Under the pieces are notes generated by a model that worked only from the letters and a program-made list of their open reading frames with translations, ran no database searches and was not told the DNA's origin. A stretch of 58,667 nucleotides of DNA, the filler included, from Basidiobolus ranarum (Eukaryota): NCBI GenBank assembly GCA_040143965.1. It is 4 parts of 4 records of this genome, joined end to end, with 100 filler letters (N's around TTAATTAATTAA, not from the genome) between each part and the next. Parts side by side here need not be neighbours in the genome. Positions count along the whole stretch, not along the records: positions 44,149 to 58,667 come from JASJQH010007296.1; 3 more parts are not named here. The stretch is one strand, 5' to 3'. The translations under genes were made by a program, and so were the position numbers. This document shows positions 50,807-58,667 of this stretch, one piece after another. How positions within the stretch are numbered: the first letter of the stretch is position 1; each line of letters starts with the position of its first letter.

Positions 50807-53800
50807 TCTCAAACTTCTCTCTTGTACGTAGCTTACTTTTGTTAATCTCAATCTCCGTGCTTGGCCATTTTCGTGATTTCTCTCTCTCCTGCCCTGCCCT
50901 GCTCTTCCCTTCCCTTCACATGGTTACATCTATCTTTCTTTTAGTTAGTGAAACGTAAGGACATCGAGTCAAGAGGTAAAGAATATGGAGTAAGCTGAAG
51001 ACTTCAGTCGTGTTCTCCTTCACTTAATTGAGCCTGGGAATGAAAAGTTCGTTTCTAGCAAATACAAAAACGAAAAGGTGATGGTATCAAGAGTGCTCCA
51101 TTCGACACATAGAGTCTTTATACCGCTTGACTTGTATCATGATAATGTACTTTTCTCTCATATCGTTCAATAAAGGAGAGTCCAATGGCACATACATTGT
51201 AGTTTGAAAATAGAGCAACCAATTGATATTGTTGACCTCTTTCGGCAAACCCTGAGAGCCCAACCCTCTATTTATTATGGAGGATAGTACTTGAACAGTA
51301 GGGTACTCGCAAGAATCATTTCCTAATGTACTGAGGTACATTGCTTCTATATCCACTTTCCCTTGCCAAATTCCGTAGTACCATGTAATGGAATACATAA
51401 AGTTGGGATCTTCTATGTGGAGTCCGATTGTTCCTGAATACTTTAAACCGCTAACACTACGCTGACAACAAGGGTTGCGTTACCCAAGCCAGTCGAGTCA
51501 TCCAACATGTAGCGAGATACTTTGATCAAGGATTGCATAGGTTTTATATATCTTCTGACCTTAGTTTCTGCTCCTTTCATGATAATTTTTACGTAATCAA
51601 ATTGCGACCAATTTCTAGCAATTGGTCACAGTGACAGCCAGAGTAAAGTGGACTTCACTAAGAGGTAACTTAGGAATATACCAATTCCCTTTCAACGAAA
51701 CGCCTAGATTGAGAACCCATGATTGTTTCCCAGAATATAGAATTGTTATTTATTGCTTTGTTCGCTTACGAGAAACATGGATAAATATGAATCATAAACT
51801 GGTAATAAAATGAGGCGTAACCAGATTCACTAGCATTCTGGTTTGATTCCTAAAAAGGTTGCACAGAAGAGCACAGAACTGGTGACCTAAGGTGCGGGGC
51901 TACCTGGTTCTTCTGAATTGCCGAACGAATAGGGGAGTGGTATAGTGTACTTGGTGTCGTAACTCCATCCCTTTGAAAATTTGAAGTCTCGTCTTATGGC
52001 GACTGCCAAAGTATTGGGTAGCAGCACAATGCTAAGAACGATCAGCGTCATGATGATGCGAAACATGATGTAGAAGGCCGGCTTGACAATTGGAATATGG
52101 ATTGATACTGATCAATGACCGTTTTATATGTGGAAAATCCAATCAATACAAAAAAGGCCTTTCCTGAAGGAGCATGAAAAAGGAGACAAGGATGGTAGGA
52201 CAGGCCAAATATATCACATTGAGAACAACGCCAAATACCTACATGTGACGTCGTAGTTACCCTCACAAGTAACAGACAGCTGCAGCATGTTTACTTGATT
52301 CTGCTTGTTGTAATTAGAGGAGTGACATTCATAGGCTGCGTACTTGGAAGAATAATTCGAAAGATCTATATTTGCTAACGCATATTTGCATGTCTCAAAT
52401 GTTGATTCACAGCAGGTCCATTAGTACATGTTTAGAGCTGCAGAAAGGGATAGCATCATTACCATGTAGAAGCCTCTGTCATGACAGCCTTACCGAAGCA
52501 TTTGACGCTGTTCGTGTCTGTTTGCTTAAACACTGCACGTTAATCAATGCAATATCGCCCCATACTGTAGAATTTAGATTATTCAATCTTCGTCTGAATA
52601 TGTATCTCATACAAATTTACCCATGAGAACCTTAAACCATTCGAGTATAGCTGGACAATGCTTTGCAACCCAGACGCAGTCCAATACTGGACTGCTGAAT
52701 ATCTGCCTGTTGGTCTTGTGCCGATCATTGTACATACAGTAAATTGCTCACTGCTCTGACTTCAGATCATATTGAGAAGGAACTTCTAATTTCCCAGTGT
52801 GTAATGAATATTCTCGGTTTCTGAAGTAAATCACCAAGTCTGTATCCCTCTCGTCATCCTAAGGGTCATGCCCACGTGTGCACCTTATTATCAGAGATAG
52901 CACTCTCTAATAACTCTATAAGAGACCTGAGGGGTTTATTTACTTTGTTGATTTATTCAGGATTGATGGATAAACATAATAAATACACACAGAGAAGCAA
53001 GTTACAGGATTTTACTCTAAAATTAGACGATGTCTACGAGTAATTGATTTTCAAAGAGCAAAAAACGTGGTCGGAACTAGTTCGCTTTACTTTTCATTAG
53101 ACTCCTCATTCCTAATATGCGCTGGTGGCTCACTACAGTATGCAGAGATATTGTCCACACATAATATTTGCCGATGCTTGGTCATTCAAAAGCAGTGGTG
53201 TCGTTTTGATCGATTTGAGGGTTATTTTGTGCTCGATTGTTGAGATTTATTTCTATGTAAGATAGACTAGGAAACGTTTCCCAACGGTGATTGAAACCAC
53301 AGGTGTGAGCGAATTGTCTTTTGGAAGTACTAGCTAGAGTTTTTCCATAATGTGGAAATCTTTACTACACCGGGTTAAATAGAAACGTAGTGACTAGCGC
53401 TTGCATTCATGCGTCAGTGAATCCAGAGCAATTGGTGCTTTTCAACAAAGATTTAATTGTTTAACAGGACTTCTTTTGATAAGAGAACGGAGTTATTCAG
53501 AATTCAAGATTTTATTACCAAATATTAATATCTAAATTCAAGGTAGCTTGTGTTGTGTGGAACACGTTTAGTGAACTAATAGAAGGAAGAAAATAACTTT
53601 AATCTTGTAGTTTATCCCTCGAGAAACTACAAGTTTGAAGACTTCAGTGTCCAAGTGTGTAGTCTCCAGTTAAAGAATTGGCATAATTGCCAACTCCACA
53701 GAAGTCAGTTGTATTTCTTCGATGATTGTCATAGACCAAGTCAGAATAGCATGATCAGAATCCAAAGCCACATAAATTCTCGAAGAATATTAGAATACAC

Positions 53801-55628
53801 AGTTCTTTCGTGCTTAAAGCATACATAGGCCAGTTCTGAGTCATGATTTCGCCTTAAGTTTTCTAATTCGATTTACCTTTTCATGTCATATCAAATTACG
53901 ATATAATTACTAAGGCTTAACTACTTTCTTTCAAGCGAGAATGATACCTTAATCTTGAAACATAAACTGAAAAAGTACGTTCAAGAACGTAGATATGTCA
54001 AATCAAGCTAAAAGTTCACATCTTTGGCTTGCGTAATTGTACACAAGTACCGATATAGTTCCTACGAATATATTTCACGCAGCAATGCTGCTGAAACATC
54101 GAACGAACTCCTCCAAAGCAACAATAGGCAATTCTAAATTACATACCTCCGGAATGGATTATCTGTCTCAACATTGTATAACCCTGGTTACCATATTGTA
54201 TAGAACTAGTCAATTTAAGCTTTCCGGAAGCAAATAAATTCTCTGTTTGTTAAAGATGATAGTAGAATCGAAATTACCAGTGCTGATAAACTAAAGTTCA
54301 TTCGTGCGATACTTCTAAACGTCACTTCTTTAGTCCTTCTCGTTGGGAACATAGTTATTCGGAGATATATTCTTCGAAAAATAGCCATCATGACTAAGTT
54401 CACTTCATATCAAAGAAGCCATGCTGCTTCGACTCTTTGTTGAGATTTCGAGAAAAGATTGGCAATATTATTTAGATTGCTGGATGTATTCAGAAGCAGC
54501 AAGTACAAAACAGCGACCAACTTAAGGCACAAGGATTAACTATTTTCATTTACGCCGTCACCTTCGCATTATAACTCCAAGGTCAATTCAGATATTCTAG
54601 CCTTTCAGTAGTCATTTTGATCCCAATAACGACGTCCCCATTTCTGAGCAACTCTTGCCACGAAGCGACGTTCGGATAAATTTGAAGCCTTAATAAGTCG
54701 AGTCTCATCATCACTTTTGGTAACATTACACAACCCTATTACTAGTTAATCTCATTTACCATTTATAGGCATAGTATCTCCAACATCAACAAACGTGAAT
54801 CTGCTGGTCAAAACATTGCTAGTAATGCCATACATAGAGATGTAAGTGGTGGTGATTGCAATAAATTGACTTGCTTCTGGGAATTAAGTGGACGTAACGC
54901 AATAGCCCCAACATCCATCAGCTAAGTCATGATTGTCACCCATGGCGTTACAAGAAAAAATGGACTTGATTTTTGGTTAATTTCATACCTGGCCTGACTT
55001 GTGTAAATCATTTCAAGTCCATTGCACAGCAATTTAAGCACCTGTATCGCATACAGTAACATGATTTACACCCAGCTGAATTAAGGAGGTTTAAGTGGAT
55101 AACTTTCATTTAAGAAATCTATTAAACATTAATACATGCTCTGAGATGTACCCATATAAACCAATCACAACATCCGGCTCTTTCAGTTGTTTTGTCAAGT
55201 TGGGGAGAAGGGAATTTGTTCTTGCCTAGTTGACTTCTGTTTTCCAACTTGGTCTGCTTATTGACAGTCCTCCTTATCTCACTATCACAGTCAGTATAGT
55301 TCTCTTTTGTTGCAGATAAATATTCGGTATTTTTTTCTAGTAGCCACTTCCTACTTGAAAACAAGCACCGTTTGCTACCCAACCATTTACTTAAATCCTT
55401 TATCTAGCTACGAGCAACCCTTTGTTGATACCTTATCTGGAAAAACACGACTCCTAGTTTTTGTACCTTTGAAGGTATGCTCCACTGCTCGAGATTTTTT
55501 ATATCTTGCTTTTTTATTTAGATTTGAACTTTTCGTGACTCCTGCAAGGACGTCCTTTAAAAACATAACAACAAACACTTATATTCTCCTCCAACTAATC
55601 AACCATCTCTAGTAAATTACATACACTC

Positions 55629-56384
<756 letters not shown>

Positions 56385-57289
56385 TAAAGATAGGATATTT
56401 TGACTTTGCTCCCCTCAAAGAAGCACTAGTTTCCTTTATATTTTTCATTCATTGATCTATTTGTATGGCCTTCTCTTCTTGCTCTCATCACTATTCTATC
56501 AAATCATTGAACTTTTATCTACAGGAAACATGTACTCATTTTCCCACTCGAGAGATGTAAGCCTTTGCGGTTCCAATTTTCCCTTTTTAATTTGACCTTG
56601 AATTTCGATTACTTTCCAAATTTTTCTTAGCTTATTTATTTCATTATTGAAATATCGCAATGTCAACATGTTTGCGCTTTTAATTCAGCAACCATTTTAA
56701 TTGATTTGCGAGTAACTTGTCATGTTTTAATTGTTGCGGAAGATAAAATTTCATACTCCTCCACTACATCCTTCGTTGAGACAAGGCAGCAGAAACATAA
56801 GATTTGGCATGCGAGTAAACTCTAGATGTAAATCTTTTGATGTACCGGAAACCTACAGATGTTGTTGATATAATAAGGTTTCGTCCAGTGTAGGGCCTCC
56901 TTCTCGTAGCAATGCCTGAGTTTGAGCTAGTAGTTATTCGTGTGAAGGTGGTGGAGTATTGAGTTTGGCATCTATATATTTATATGGTTATGATAAACCA
57001 AGCTGTATCCAACTTAAAGTCTGATCGGAATTCCTCAATATACAAATAAGCTGATCCCTATAGACATCTGCACACATACAAGCATCGTGTGATGAAGTAT
57101 TAGTATTAGATACCGCTTGATCCGTATAATATGGCGGTCGATATAGAGTATTTCGACATATACTCATTCGTTGCGACGTGGCAAACAAGTATCCAAATAG
57201 CTTGACTAAAACATGTAATTTTTCATGATGGTGCTAATTACCCACCGTTTCTCTCGAATGTACTTGATTCATTGGTGGAGAAACAGCTT

Positions 57290-57880
57290 CTTCATCTGCA
57301 TTGCCAGCATTTCCCATCCTTTGTAGGATATGTTTAGCAAAGGTTACATCCAGTAGATTGTTAAGGTGATATCGGGTTCGGCATCAGGATATATCCATCT
57401 CCACACGCAACAACACATATAGTTTGGCCGAAGCACTGAAAGGATTCCACAAGTTTATCGTGCATTGAGGCATCGTATGATGTTGAGTCAGGAGTGCACC
57501 CAAACCTCCTTCTCCATGGCCACCTCAAATGTACCAATCTCAAGCACTTCGCCGCCCTTTCTACCTGGTTCCTCAAACCATCGAGTGTGGAAGCATCTCC
57601 GATTCTAAAGAATCTTACCGAGATCTGAGGAATCGCAGAGACTCGATAGATGTCGAATTGAATCCTGATGGATTGCTCCAAAGGTTAATTATAGTATATC
57701 TCCATCTGTTACTTCAAGATGGGCTGACTAAGGCGGTAATGAAAACTGTATCTACAGAAAATCTATCAATTCATCTAGACACTCCATTACTAGGAAAGGG
57801 TTCAGGCGCTTGAAAAGAGATCATGTATCCTTGAGAAAGTCAATCAAAAATCTAATTCGATTTTTAGGAATTCTCAACCT
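57290..57880 (-). pseudogene. Possible decayed pentatricopeptide-repeat (PPR) gene fragment
   Basis: PPR-like pieces fall in different frames, separated by stops and frameshifts: LDGLRNQVERAAKCL, AMEKE/FGCTPDSTSYDASM, AEPDI/LNNLLD, AKHILQRMGNAG. Confidence 0.33.
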
Positions 57881-58667
57881 GATATGGGATCTGAAACAAC
57901 AGTGTATGTAATGTTCCAAGTTTATATGCATAATGAGGATATATCAATTGGATCTGCCAAAAATAGCGCATTTGGTCATGTTCCAAGGATCAATTACATC
58001 TATTGACATCAGCATATGTGTGGTGAACGTTTTTCCTTGGAATGCAGTATTTTTACTAGGTGATTTTATCCGGTTTATTGGTTGCTCTGTTTTCACCACT
58101 TTTTTTCTGGGTAAAAGCATACAGACCATGGTTGGATTGGATTTTTCATGATTCTGGGTAATTAGTGAGTTCCTCGCCACTGCCTGGATCTTACCCTTAT
58201 CTAAGGCTTCTTCGTCAACTGTTGGCTTACAGTTCTGCTCTTTCATTGCCACCGCTCTTGTTGTATTGAGCGCATATATACTTTTCTTTTTTATCTTTTG
58301 ATAGATAACTTTCCCCTCTTTATCTCTCCACTATCATTGAAGTGCTCGCTTTTGCTTCCTTTAAGTAAGTAAGCTCTACGATACGTAAGTTGGACTTGGT
58401 TTATTTAGTACTAACCTATTTGTGTTCAACAAATATTCCCTGGCTAAATATTTATTTCTTATGTCAATGCAGTGTTGGAGATTTAACGAGAGTTGTACAA
58501 TTATCGAGTGTTTAACCAAAGTTGACTGTGGAAGAACTCAATAGCCGAGGTTTTAGTCCATCTTTTTAAGCGGGTTTCCATTAGTTTGTATCTTCTCAAT
58601 TCGAACAGCCACTTTTATCATCATCTGACTTAAGACACTGATTTATTCTCGATATCTAACCGAATAA

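Noticed and set aside
52676..52695. GCAGTCCA-ATAC-TGGACTGC hairpin (similar short stems near 24399 and 34776)
   Set aside because: Isolated 7-8 bp stems are expected by chance, with no RNA-gene context.
53640..54740. Coding-like fragments upstream of CDC42
   Set aside because: Frequent stops and no recognisable family; cannot support even a pseudogene call.

Overview
AT-rich, intron-rich eukaryotic DNA with short GT-AG introns (about 50-100 nt). The gene content points to an early-diverging fungus (Zoopagomycota/Mucoromycota-like, possibly Basidiobolus; inference only). The window is not one locus. Three identical artificial 100-nt linkers (N44-TTAATTAATTAA-N44) join four segments of 14635, 14620, 14593 and 14519 bp, i.e. 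size-sorted contigs, so nothing should be inferred from adjacency across the linkers. Segment 1: MBL-fold hydrolase, large Sec7 ArfGEF with an apparently split PH domain, secreted M28 leucine aminopeptidase, and a Def1/UBAP2-like CUE protein with an apparent 1-nt frameshift. Segment 2: UPF0658-like membrane protein, solo-LTR-like repeats, SmG, a TPR + glyoxalase-II-like MBL fusion, an alpha-arrestin, a Pcl-type cyclin and a small SH3 protein. Segment 3: a Sec7-PH ArfGEF, a ~10 kb gene-poor tract with nested solo LTRs, and an intronless homeobox gene. Segment 4: a 20-exon uridine kinase/UPRT with a 12-nt micro-exon, an 86-aa ORF resembling a ribbon-helix-helix protein, CDC42 and a possible decayed PPR gene. 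I see no multi-gene novel system. The best leads are single-gene architectures (RHH-like protein, TPR-MBL fusion, split PH-Sec7), the Def1 frameshift and the self-nesting solo-LTR family.
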